Below are positions 25,485 through 38,000 of a stretch of DNA of 64,000 nucleotides, one piece after another. This DNA is from Azolla caroliniana. Its lineage: Eukaryota > Plantae > Polypodiophyta. The notes below the pieces were generated by a model, which did no database searches, had not been told where the DNA came from, and worked only from the letters and a program-made list of their open reading frames with translations. The stretch lies in NCBI GenBank assembly GCA_043228905.1, contig JBHGNT010000008.1:13764001-13828000 (forward strand), read 5' to 3'. Numbering within the stretch: position 1 is the stretch's first letter; the number at the start of each line of letters is the position of its first letter. Position numbers and translations under genes: made by a program.

Positions 25485-27832
25485 TTTCCAGCTTTGCATA
25501 AACACCATGTTCTCGTAGTCCTCAAGTAGTACTAATAGTACATGAGAATCATGCTCCTCTTGTGTCTTTGAATAAACTACCAGATCATCCAAGTGGATAA
25601 TCAAACAAATGTCCAAAAGATCTCGGAATATATCATTTGCCATGTGCTGGAAAACCGTCGGTGCATTGGTGAGGCCGAATCGGGTGGGGAAAGTTTTCCA
25701 TTCGTCTCCTAGTCGAATCCGTGTGAGGTTATATGCTCCTCGTAAGTCGATTTTTGTAAAAAACTTTGAGCCATTAATTCTTTCTAAAAGACTCGAGATC
25801 AGGGGAAGTGCATACCTATTCCTGATGGTAGCCATATTCAAGCCATTGTAATACATGACTACATGAAGTGATCCATCTTTTTTCTTGACAAAGAAAATAG
25901 GTGCATCGGCTGGAGATTTCAAATGTCGAATGAACCCGTTTGCCAAATTTTCCTCTATGTAGGCACGAAGAACTTCAAGCTCGATTGGTGACAAGGTATA
26001 GGCCGGTGCCCAGGGTGTCTCTTTCCCGGGTTGTAAGTCAATAGAACAATCATATAGTTGATGATGAGGAAGCGTACTAGCTTTTACCTTATCAAAAACG
26101 TTGGCGTAATGATGATACTTCTTTGGAAGTTGAATTGTTGACTCCTCCTTAGTGGTGTTGGAAGGTTTTACAGATACTGCGAATACAAACATTGATTCCT
26201 TGTGACCTTCCTCACACAATTGATGTAATGAAATTGTTGAAATCTTACGAGTAAATCCTCGAGGTTATCGATAACCGATTTCTCTCGTTTAGATCCAATC
26301 TACGTCCGGATTGTGTAATCTGAACCATAGTAACCCCAAAACAAGTGGATGATTTGGTCTACTAATTATATTAAATGATACTAAACATGCCAAATTATTT
26401 AGGAAAACATTAATCGGCTCTAATTCTTCTAAGATATTTTCGGAAGAAATAGGGCGACCATCAATGACTACTACAGAAGCTAGGCAAGGGAGTTTTTTTA
26501 GGTATATCTGATGAGCTTGGACAAAATTCTTATCCATGAAGCAAGAATTGGCTCTAGAATCTAGGAGTGCTAAGACATCTACTGGAGGGTTACTTCTAGT
26601 ACTAATTGTTACTTGAGCTAGGAAGACATTGCTAATTTTCTTAGAGGGAATGGAATCACTAATGTGTTCCACAGATCTAGGACTGTCCAACCAAACGGCT
26701 CCTATTTTGGCTGAACTTTGTCGTTTAACTCTTCTTCTAATTGACTAAGGACTTCAAATTTGTTTGATAGGCTTGGGCTATTAGGACTATCTGACACTCC
26801 TAATAAAATAGACTCGGGTTTAGTACTATTAGTACTAGCGGCCATTTGATTTACTTGTCTTCTTGGCCTATGAGGACTATTCACTGCAATATGCCCCGGT
26901 CCACCACAATAAAGAAATAGTCAATTTGCTCGGTGTCGCTGCTTTTCCTCTTCCGATAATGGTCCACGACGATGTGTGGTGTCGATTTCCATCAGAGTTG
27001 GAGTATTTGCTAGAGACGCATTATATGACTCTCTTGGAAAAGGTTTTGCTACAACTAAGGCATAGGTGGGCTCTGATCTTGTCCTTGGTATCTGGAACTG
27101 ACGTTCCGAACGTCGTTCGAAAAGGAGGTTATCGCATCGTACCGCTCGACTGATTGCTTCTATGAGCGATTTTGGTTCTTCCAGGAAAGTCAAGAGTAAA
27201 TCCTTGACTTCATTATGTAGGCCATAGCGAAATTGCTCCATCAATGGTTGGTCATCCCATGGAATATCGGTGGCAAGAAGACGGAAATCCGTGGCATAAG
27301 CTGAGGTTGGGCAATCACCTTGACACAGTCTTCGGATTTTGTTGATTGTCGTCCTAATGCTACTAGTATCTCCAGAATATGCTTTAAACTCACTAATAAA
27401 CTCTTCAAAATTATTTAACAATGGAGAGGATTTTTCTAATAAAGGGGCAAAGCATGTCAAAGTTGTGCCTACTAGTCCCACTCTTGATGCATCGGTGGGA
27501 TATCGAGAAGGATGCATTTGAATTACCAAACGTACATGATTAAGAAATCCTCTAAATTGTGATCGTGTTCCATCAAACTTCATAGGAAAACCGATCTTGG
27601 GTTCTTTGGGAGTTCCTTGAGTGCTTGATCCCTGTTGTTGTAGTGACACAATAGTTGCTTTGAGTTGTTGCATACGTAACGTCAGCTCCCCATGTTGTTG
27701 TTTTTCTAGAGCTATTTGTTGAAGATCCCCCAACATACGTTGATTTTCTTGTTCTAGTGCTACAAACTTCTCTTTTAAGCACTAGAGCTCCGAGAAAACG
27801 GATTGGTATTCTTGAGCGCTAATAATTGCCAT
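25485..27832 (-). pseudogene. Inverted gag-PR-RT pseudogene of chromovirus copy 2
   Basis: ORFs 26921..27736, 26289..26690 and 25392..26219 are colinear with the intact copy (LLDSRA, HLDD). Confidence 0.9.
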
Positions 27833-27899
27833 TTACTAGGAAGGATAAGAGGATTAGTATGAAGGGAAGGAGGTTTAAGACTGGCGTTGAACTGAATTG

Positions 27900-29630
27900 G
27901 TTCTGAATAGACGACAAGCTCGGTGGGTCCAATTCCTCACCTTTTTTTACTTCAAGATTATATATCGTCGGGACAAGCAACAGGGGAAGGCGTATGCATT
28001 ATCACGACGGTCGTATCTAGCTCCTTGTCCTCGTGATCCGACCTTTGACAATCAAAAGCAAGTAATCCTGGGTTCGGCACGACTTCAAGCAACGTGGGTC
28101 TTTGACACTCCATTGGATTCTCGTGTTATCGATACCATACGTGAATATTTGAAGACGGATGTTTTCGCTCAAGCTATTCTAGATCAAATCGATTCTTCTC
28201 AAGCATCTTGTTCACGATCACAACAACCAGGTATAGATTATTAGCAATTCGAATGCCATAATGAGTTTTACTCTTCTTTAAGAAACTTTTGTATGTTCCC
28301 AATGGTTCGTGCCACCTTCGAATAGTACAAAACTGTCATGACACATACACAGTCGGACACTTTGGTAGTACTAAAGCGTTGGATTTAGTACAATGATCAT
28401 TTTGGTGGCCTCATATGTTAAGATTTGTCGAAGACTATGTTCGAACATGTGATACATGTTGTAGAGCGAAGATGCCACAACACCATCCATATGGTTTGTT
28501 GGAGCCATTACCGATCCCAAGCAAACCATGGCAATCTATTGCTCTCAATTTTATCACAGATCTTCCGGACTCAATGGGCTTCAATGCAATCTTAACAGTG
28601 GTAAATTGATATACTAAGATGGCACATTTCGTGCCCTATACTAAAGAAATCACTAGTGAAGAAACCATTGGAATTCTTATGCGTGAAGTATTTTGGCATC
28701 ATGGTCTTCCCAATAGTATCATCAATAATCATGGAGCGCCATTCGTCTCTAAATTTTGGAAGCATCTCTTTAAAATGCTCAAGGTCACCTACAATCTCTC
28801 TTTCGGCTATCATCCCCAAACAGATGGACAAGCAGAACGCACCAATCAAACGCTAGAACATTATCTTCGGTGTTTCCTAAGCTATCAACAAGATGATTGG
28901 GCAGATATTCTATAGTTTGCTGAAATAATAATTCTATCCACTCCTCTACTAGGGTTACACCACTCTGCGCTTATATCGGCTATCATCCTCGCTGGTGTGT
29001 GTTAGAAACTCCTGAGTTACCTACAAATCCTAGTGCAGAGGATCATTTGGAGCGGTTACGACAAATTCAGGCAGAAATATCTACCCATCTACATCACAGT
29101 AGCAAACACAGAAGAACTGTGAGGATCGTCATCGGCTTCCATCCTCTTTTAATATTGGAGATTGAGTATGGCTATTACAACGACATATCAAGACTACTCG
29201 ATCGTGTCACAAACTGGATTATCGACAGTTAGACCCTTTCCATATTAACAGAAAAATTAATGATGTTACTTTTCGCCTTGATCTGCCTCTGCAACTACGG
29301 ATACATCCGGTATTTCATAGTTCTCTCCTAGAACCCTATCAGTACAACACTATTCCAAATCGTATTACATCACCTCCCCCCCGATCAAACTTGAAGATGG
29401 ACCTGAGTACGAGGTTGCTGCCATCATCAACTGGACCAAGATTGTTCACAACAAGCTCTATTATTTGGTCGATTGGTTAGGATATAGTCCAAGCGAGCAT
29501 ACTTGGGAACCAGTGATGAATTTGGCGAATACTCGAGCTCTTCTTAAAGACTTCCATCGTCAATATCCGGACAAACCAAATCCTCAATCAAAGACAACTT
29601 GTAACACTCTTCATTTAAAGGGGAGGGGGA
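27900..29630 (+). pseudogene. RH end-integrase-chromodomain pseudogene of chromovirus copy 2
   Basis: VLNRRQARW, CDTCCR, GYHPQTDGQAER and DWLGYSPSEHTWEP motifs in broken ORFs. Confidence 0.9.
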
Positions 29631-30239
29631 GGGATAGTGTCATGATATGGCTCTAAAAGGATTCGAACATTATACAAGGTGGAAGGTAAAAGTATATTGA
29701 CAAAGGAGAAAGACTCAACATTATACAAGGTGGGAGGAGGGTGCTTTATGTAGTCACCCTCTCTCTTCATTAACTACAAGCCTCATGGAGCATGGGGACT
29801 GTGAAAGCTCATAAGTTATGTGTCATAGAATATGATTCTATGACTCATACTAAATGTTAGAATACAAAGTGGTGACATAATGATGACTCTTGACCGTTGG
29901 AGTGTCTCTTCACTCTCAAGGTCAGTTCACACACTAGACCAAGTTGAGCTTGATTCTCAACAAAACCCATGACCTTGTGTTATATGGGTTGAACCCTTAC
30001 CATTAAACCATGCATTGCAATACAAAAGATTAATATTTGCATTTATCATTTCACCATAGGAAATTCATGTATATTCCTAATTACTCTGGAAGTACTCCTG
30101 AGAAACTTCAAGAGTACTCTTGAGAGTACTATAAATAGAGGCACATGGCATTATTCAAAACCAATTTGGTTCAATGCTAGTCTTAAGCCTCCTATCTACT
30201 CTTGTATCTTCTATTCATATAATATACCACTTGTTATCA

Positions 30240-30292
<53 letters not shown>

Positions 30293-31500
30293 TCTCTCTC
30301 TCGACTCTCCACACACTTCTCCCCTTCTTAGTACTGATCTTTGTTACCCCGTACGAGATGTACGGAGAGTCAAGTGTGATGAGCGATGGTCGAATGTTAT
30401 CATCATGTTGTGTATGTGTAGGGGGTATAAATGTAGTTGTGAGTCTATACGTATGTGAACACATGCACACGTGTGTGCATGTGGATGGATACGAGGAGGT
30501 GTGAGTGAGTATCTAGTATGAATGTGAATCCCCTTGGGAGGGGGGTGGAGCCATTCTAGGCACCACCCCCCACCCCATAATGCTTCTCAATGCACATGAT
30601 CTCTCTCGCCATCAATCCCATACTCTCCATCATCATCATAACCACCATGTCTATCTTTATCATGATTATCATCGTCCTTAACCCAAACCCTAAAAACCTA
30701 TAACACCTTTTGGCGACCACTAAGGAGACCCCCCTTTGGAGACAGAGTCGAAGAATGATTCGCGGATGTGCAAGCCATAGTGACTAAGTGCAAGAAATGG
30801 CGAAACGTGAAAATGACAGTGAAGATGTTGGAGGAAGTCTATGGAGGAATGCAGAAATGCAGAAATGGAAACAACATTTTGTGCGAGTCAATGTGTCAAT
30901 GTGCATGGTTCCGAAAGCGGTTAGCGACAATGTGTGTGTTTCGTGTTACCCGTTGCTTTGGGTGAACACCTTCGATAGATCTGCGTCTATCGGTCTTCAA
31001 GGGCGTGGTACGTGAAGGCTTGTAACAGAGGCGTCGAGAGAGATACAGGGCTCAGAGAGAAAACACTAGCGAGGTCTTGATAGACGTGGCGGCGTGAAAC
31101 TCATAGGTATGGATCAAAGCACAAACTCATGCAGCAAAAATAGGCACAAATCAGATATATTACTATGACAAAAAAGATTACAGAACACGGCCTATGGCCG
31201 GTGACCTTACGAGTTTATCTAATTACGAAGGACTAAGCTAGTGCTTCCGCTTATAGTTTTCTCTTCCCCCTTTTCTCTGAGGTACTGGTCCTCGTTTAAA
31301 TAACTTTTCCCCTAATACACAACCGAGCCGTCGGTGGCCCGTGATACTCGGACTCAGCGTTTGCTAATTTCCTAATTTTACATTTCTGTCCTCTGGACAA
31401 CACCTGGCACGCTCGTGGGACAGGACCTTGTCCGTCGGACCCACGACTTACAAAATACTAACAATATTACAAAAATTGCCTTTTAGGCGTGATCCTCGTT

Positions 31501-34500
31501 TCATTCCTCCTTTAAGATGTCGAGGATGTTTTCGGGGTTCGGGGTGGTGGCAGGGTGGTCTGGTTGGACTGTCGGTGCGGGGGGTTGAGTTTGGTCCGGG
31601 GGTGGCATATCTTCTCGGACGTCTGCCTCAGGTGCGGCCGATTCTTCTGGTGGGGGTGTGGGTTCGTCGGCGCTGACCTCTACTTCGACAAGCTCTAGTA
31701 CTGTGTGGGCGTCCATGGGATGTTTGTTGGCCGGGGCAAGTTCCTCCTGTGCCGTGTCCGTGATCTCCTTGCTGGGAGGTTCTTCTTTCTGCTCTGTGGC
31801 TGTTGGAGGGCTGGTGGGGATGGCTACGAGTCATTCTCGTTCGAAGGCTTCTGCTTCCAGGCGAAACAGCATCTGACCGTCATTGAAGTCCTCCATTATT
31901 TGCTCGATTGCCGCGGTGTGAGATTTTGCCAAGGACTGGTAATCCTTAGTTAAATCTGCACACAGGTTTTGTATGCTGGCTTCGTCCATTTTGTAGAAGC
32001 CGCGGCCCTCCTTCCGTCGGTTCTCGGCGTCGGTGAGTAAAATATGCAATTCGGCAGCTTGTGCTGCCCATTCGTCTCCTGCGTGACTTAATGTTTCCTC
32101 GACCTTTTTGGTAAGGTGTTGGCGTTGTTTCTCGATCAGTATTCTCATGCGTGTCTCATCCATGCCGGGCTGTGCTCGGATAGCTGCTAATTCCTGTTTT
32201 AAGCCATCGACCTCGGCCTGAATCTTCTGTGTTCTTAGCTCATAGATGGCCTGAGTGTTCTTTGCATCCGCGGTTACGAGCTGGAGAGCCTGCTCGTCAC
32301 GCTTGGTGAGTTCTTCGGTGGCCTGCTCCCGTTCTTTTTTACACGTGGCCCGGATTTGTTCCCGTTCGACGATTCTCTCTTCTTGTAGGGCGAAGTAGGA
32401 ATCCGATAATGCGTCTTTTTGCTCCGAAAGTAGCTTGCATTTGAGGAAAAACTCATCAGCCATCTCTTTAAGGGTCGTACGCTGACTCTGCAACTCGGCA
32501 TTCTCCGCGTTCATCCTCTCCTCCCGTTGGCAATTTCTTTCCTCCTGCCGCTGGTTCCAGTCTTTTGCATTGTCGAGCGCGGCCTGTAGGTCTAGAACCT
32601 CCTTCTCTTTCTTCACCACTGTGGCTGCGTATTCTTCCAGCTTGCTTTTGAGTTCGGCTTCCTTGCCCGCGGCTTGCGCTTGTACCTGGCCCAGTGCTTC
32701 GTTCTGCTTGTGTATCCTTTGGTCGGCCTGGGCTCTTATCTCGGCCATCTGCTTGGAAGCTTCTTCTTTTAGGCGAGCCATTGCCTCTTGATGTCGTTGT
32801 TCGTGTCTCTCGGTTCGCTGTTGTTCTTCTTTAAGCTCCGCACGGTAATCCCGGAGCGGGGGTTCTGTCTGGGTTGCCACCTCCTTGGGTGCACAAGGTG
32901 GTGGTATCTCGGTCTTCTCCATGGGCGTGGGCGCCTCGGTTGTTGTGTAGGCATCGACCATTTGTAACGAGTCCGTTTGTGTACTGGCCTGCACCTTCAG
33001 GATTGAGTCGGTGATGGTGCTTTCATCCATCATTGTTATGCGTGGAGGTGCTGGGAGGGCCTCGGTGGTCGTTACCGGAAGGCTCAAGAGTTGTTGTTCC
33101 GGCCGGTTTTGCTCCCAGGCTTCCAGCTTCTGGTTCGTAGTGTGCCATAGTTCTGTAGCCATCTTAGCCTGTGTTTGGGCTATTATTATCTTTCGGGCCA
33201 TGTCTTTGGCTGCCCGCGTAGTGCGATCCAGGTCTCGATATGCCTCGATAAGGGCCGTGTTCAACTCGGGGACCTCCATGAGGAGAGCAGCCTGTTTTGC
33301 CTGCTTCTTCCTCCCGATTTTTTGTAAAGCCCTGTCCTCCTGGGGCTCAATTTCACCTATTAGCGCGCGTTGAATCATTTTTGTTTCGGCGTGCTCCTCC
33401 GCCATTCGAGCTGCTGCCACGACTTGGGCTCTGGCGAGGAAGTTGACCAGCTCGAATGACGTACCGAGGCGTAGGAGCGCACTAAATTCGTAAGCCTCCG
33501 CGGGGAGGTCCTTATACCCGAGAACTTCATCCTCCGAGATCTGCGTTGTCTGCCCATGCTCAATCGTTCCCTGGTTCAGCGATGCCTCCGCAGGGGTGAT
33601 GGCCATGTTGCTCTGTCTGACCACTAAGGCTTGCTCCTGTTGTGGCTCTGTCTGTTCTTCCGAGGACTCGCGGTTGAGTCGTCTTCTCTTGCTTGGCTGT
33701 GTTTGGGGTTCCGGGGCCGGTAGTGTCGTTTCCTCCGCCTGCTTCCTTTTCTGGGGTCGTGGTGGTGCAGCCTGCTATGTGTTTGGGCGTGGGCTAGGTC
33801 TTGGGGACGTTACCGAGGGGCGCGACGTTGGTTGTCGAATGGTGACGTCATCGGCCGTGTTGTCTTCCGCGGCTACCTCCTCCTCCCATTCTTGGTAGGT
33901 CTCGGAAACTACCCTTTTTTGTTGGGGTTGGGCGGGTGGTGGTGCAGATGCAGTTTTTTGGTCGGCGGCAGGGGGTGAAGGCGATGTGGGCTCCTCCCAT
34001 GCTTCGTGGCTGATGGCCACGAATTTCTCTCTCTGCCTTCGTGGTGGTGGTGGGGACGTGAGTGTGCAAGGGGAAGGAAGCGAAGAGGGTGGGTATAGAA
34101 CCATCAAAAAGTGGGTAAGAACAGACAACATCTTCTTACCAAACTGAAATGAAGCTAAGGCGGTGCGGAGTCCCTCGCCTGTGATGATTCCCCAATCGAT
34201 TCTGTTTCCTTCATACGCGTTGATGATGATGGTTGCCTTGTTCTGCGGCATGCTCGTTGGGTTCGTATGCACGAACGCATACTCCATTAATATACGAGCA
34301 ATCTCCCCGAAAGCTTTGTTGGGACCGCCATACGTGCGATATGCCTTCCCTGAGGCTGAGTACTCACCGAAGTACGCCTTCATCTTTGATGCCGGGGGTA
34401 TGTCGACCTCATGGTCCCCTCCCCGTTGCAGGTCCAAAACAGCCCGAAGCACATTGTTGGTGATGGCTTCGGGACTTATACGTTTAGCCACAGTTTGGGC

Positions 34501-34896
34501 ATCTGGGTGCGCGGGGCCATCGATGATCTTCAGGTAACCGCCCATTCCTCGTTCCTGGAGCCAGGCGCGGGTTTCTGTTGAGGCGGTAAGAGGCATGGTG
34601 GAGATGGAGATGGGGTTCGACTGTGTGGAAGCGTGAAGCAAAGTGATGAGGCGAGGGCGAGCCACAGGAGGAACAGCAGGAAGGGGAAGTCCAGCAGAGG
34701 GGTTATGAGAGCGAAAGAGGGCTTGAGAGCAAGAACGCTTAGCGTGATGAGGGCTAGACGGGGTTTCTGATCTTGAGAGCGATGGAGATGGGGAGTGATA
34801 ATGGTCTGTGCTGTGTTTTGGAAACAGTTTTAGTAACTTACTCCTAGGGTTTTGTGCCTGAAGTGAATCATGAAGATTCTGAGTCGTGGGTGCCAT
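31501..34896 (-). pseudogene. Extra ORF 3' of pol: globular N domain, Pro-rich linker, long coiled coil
   Basis: ORFs 33775..34896, 31831..33624 and 31501..31716 share one frame, separated by TAG (33775-33777) and TGA (31831-31833). Confidence 0.8.
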
Positions 34897-35099
34897 AATA
34901 AGTGACTAGCACCACGTGTCCTGAAGGTGAGTGGGGTGCTTCTAGTGCTTTGCATGTGCTTAAATAAGTACTAACTGAGTGGTGGCGAGGGGTGCTCCTA
35001 AAATTGTGGGTGCCTAGGTGGGTGGTGTAGTTGTAGCTAATCAGTGGCTAAACTATGGTTAATCCTACCTACTACTACTTTTATTAATTTCAAGAAGGT

Positions 35100-38000
35100 G
35101 GGTGAGTCCTTATTCAGGGGGACACGTGGCGTCCTCCGTGGTGATCTCCCGAGTCCTGTGTTTGCCGTGTGGCTCGGTAAACGGATTGGGTGGTGTAGTC
35201 CCTCGATATGGTCAAAGTCGAAAACCATTGGCCCAGCTTTTGACCGTGTCGCCGGCGAGTGTGCCGAGCTAGAACGTCCCGTTGAACTCGTTGATAATCC
35301 AGAATGGACCGGTCCACCGAAATCTTAATTTTCCCGGCATTGACCCGAGTCGTGTTTGGAAAAGAAGAACTGGTTTGCCAATGGTGAGCTCCTTCTCCAG
35401 CCCATGTCGATGTCGATCCACGAAAGCCTTGCATTGCCGTTGGCGTTGTTCGAGCTGGGCCATACTCTCTATCCTATCTTCCCCGAGTTCGAGGAGTTGT
35501 TCCAGCCGGTATTGCTCGGATTCGGCCTCGGGGAGCCGTGCTTTGACTTGAACTCGGAGGCTCGGGACTTGGAACTCGACGGGCATTACGGCTTCTAACC
35601 CGAACGCCATTCGAAAGGGGGTCGATTGGATGCTTGTTTTGAAAGTCGTACGATACGCCCACAGCACGCTCTGGAGTTTGTCATCCCAATCGGTCCTGTT
35701 TTCATTGACAATCTTCTTCAGTATGGTTTGGAGGATTTTATTGGTCGATTCTGCCAAGCTGTTCGCCTGCGGGTAGTATGGTGTGCTTTTCTTGTGCACC
35801 ACCGCGTAGTGGTGTGTAAGCTCACGTATTATATGATTGATGAAGTGCCCACCTTGGTCACTAACGAGCTCGATTGGACATCCGTAACGGCACTAGAGGT
35901 GCTCATACACAAATTTAGCCGTGGATGCCGCCGTGTTATCTCGGAGTGCCTTAGCCTCGACCCATTTGGTGCAGTAATCCGTGGCAACGATAATATACCT
36001 ATTCCCTATTTGGGCCGCAAGTGGTTTGAAAGGGCCTACAAAATCCAAACCCCATTTTTGAAATGGGTCCAACGGAAGAATCGGCTGGTCTGGCATCCGT
36101 GACTATTCCATTGGTTGCCCCAGACGTTGGCACAAATCGCACTGTCGGCAAAACTCGTGAGCGTCTTTCTTCGTTGTCGGCCACCATAATCCACTTTGCA
36201 AAACTTTCCTTGCCGTGGAATCCCCGGCGTAGTGTCCCCCAGCTACTCCCTGGTGGGCTTCCTAAAGAACGGCGTTCTTCTCGAATGGCCGAATCGCTTG
36301 GCGCCATATGCCGTCCGAGCCTTTGTGTTAGAGAATGTCCGAGACGAGGCAAAAATTCCGGCTACGCACTGCTATGCGTTTTCTCGTGTCAAGGGTCATG
36401 TGCTCGGGAGGTACACCGGTAGTGAGAAAATGGGTCATCTCCGTGATCCATTCATCTCCGTTATCGTCTGGTACCGTGGTCAAGTTAAATAGGCTGGCGT
36501 CCGGTAGCTCGTCGTACGTTGTTTTCGCCGGTTCTCCTGACTCAAGACGGCTCAAGTAATCGGCGACGGTATGTTGTACCCCGGGTCGATGCTGAATCTG
36601 AAAATCAAACTCTTGTAGTAGGAGCATCCACCGAGCCAATCGTCCGGTGAGGGCTTGTTTATTGACCAAATAAAGAAGGGCCGAGTGATCTACGTGAAAG
36701 GTAAATTTTCGGCCCAAGAGGTAATGCCGAAATTTATTGATGCTATAAATCATACCAAGGGCCTCCCGCTCGATGGTGGAGTAATTCTTTTCCGCAGTCG
36801 AGAGCCGTCGGCTGGCGTAGTACACGGGCCTATACCAATTCGGTGGTGTGCATTGCATCAGGGCACTTCCGATGGCGATGTCCGAAGCATCTACGAAGAC
36901 ATGAAACGGTTCGGACCAAACCGGAGACTGGACCACCGGGGCATGTGATAGCATTCGTTTCAGGGTCTAATAGGCCGTGTCCTCGACTGACGTCCATTGG
37001 AAAGGAAGGCGATGGACTGCCGCGTGTAAGGGTGTCGCGAAATCGGCCATGTGTCGTATCATTCAGCTGTGCCTCCGGATCTGTCCCAAAAAATGGCTTA
37101 GTGCCTTAGCATTCGAGGGTGCGGTGGCATTCAGGATTGCCTTTACTTTATCCGGGTCCATAGCGATGCCTTCCTCGAGGATTGCCGTTGGTGACTAAGA
37201 ACGCGCATTTCGTTGGGTTTAAACTCAATCGAGCTTGGCGACATCGGTCCAGGCAGAGTCGTAACTGGGTCATGTGTTCTCGTCGATGGCCATACACGGC
37301 GAAATCGTCGAGAAAGACTTGCATGAACGCCGGGATGTAGTCATGAAAGATTTCGGTGATGATGCGTTGGAACGTAGCCGGCGCCGTTTTTAGACCGAAC
37401 ATCATAACTTCTGCTACAAAAACACCCCATTCCATGACGAAAGCGGTTTTCTCCTGATCCTCCAGGTGCATTCTTATCTGGTTATAGCCGTTGAACCCGT
37501 CGAGGAAACTGTAGCATTCGTGGCCGGCTACCGTGTCGAGGACGCTATCCGTGAATGGGAGAGGGAAACCGTCGGTGACTGTTGCCGCATTAAGCTTCCG
37601 ATAGTCGACGCAGACACGGATTTTTCCGTTCTTCTTTGGGACCACTACGATCGGGCTCAACCATGTAGCCCGTTTAACAGGGCGAATGAAGCCCACTCGA
37701 AGTAGTTCGTCAATTTCCTCTTTGACTTTAGCGGCGTAGTTGGGGTTCATCCTGTAGCGCCTCTGCTGAACCGGCCGAGTGTCGGGTAAGATGTGAATTT
37801 GATGTTGGTAGTATTGAGGATCCAGCCCCTTCATATCGGTGTAAGACCAAGCGAAAACATCCTGGTAGTCGGTGAGTAATTTTACGAGGCATACCCGTTC
37901 GCCGGTTGGTAGATTATTGGCAATTTGTACCGTACAGAGATTCTCGTCCGAACCGAGGTTTATTGTTTCCAGGGTTGATGCTTTCACTCGTTGTGAAATG

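Noticed and set aside
29665-29962. About 300-bp insertion in the 3' LTR of chromovirus copy 2
   Set aside because: It ends in CA and has a short internal duplication, but I found no clear TSD or matching terminus, so it is left unclassified.
33775-33777. Programmed readthrough in the accessory ORF
   Set aside because: More simply a CAG-to-TAG mutation in an element with many other lesions.
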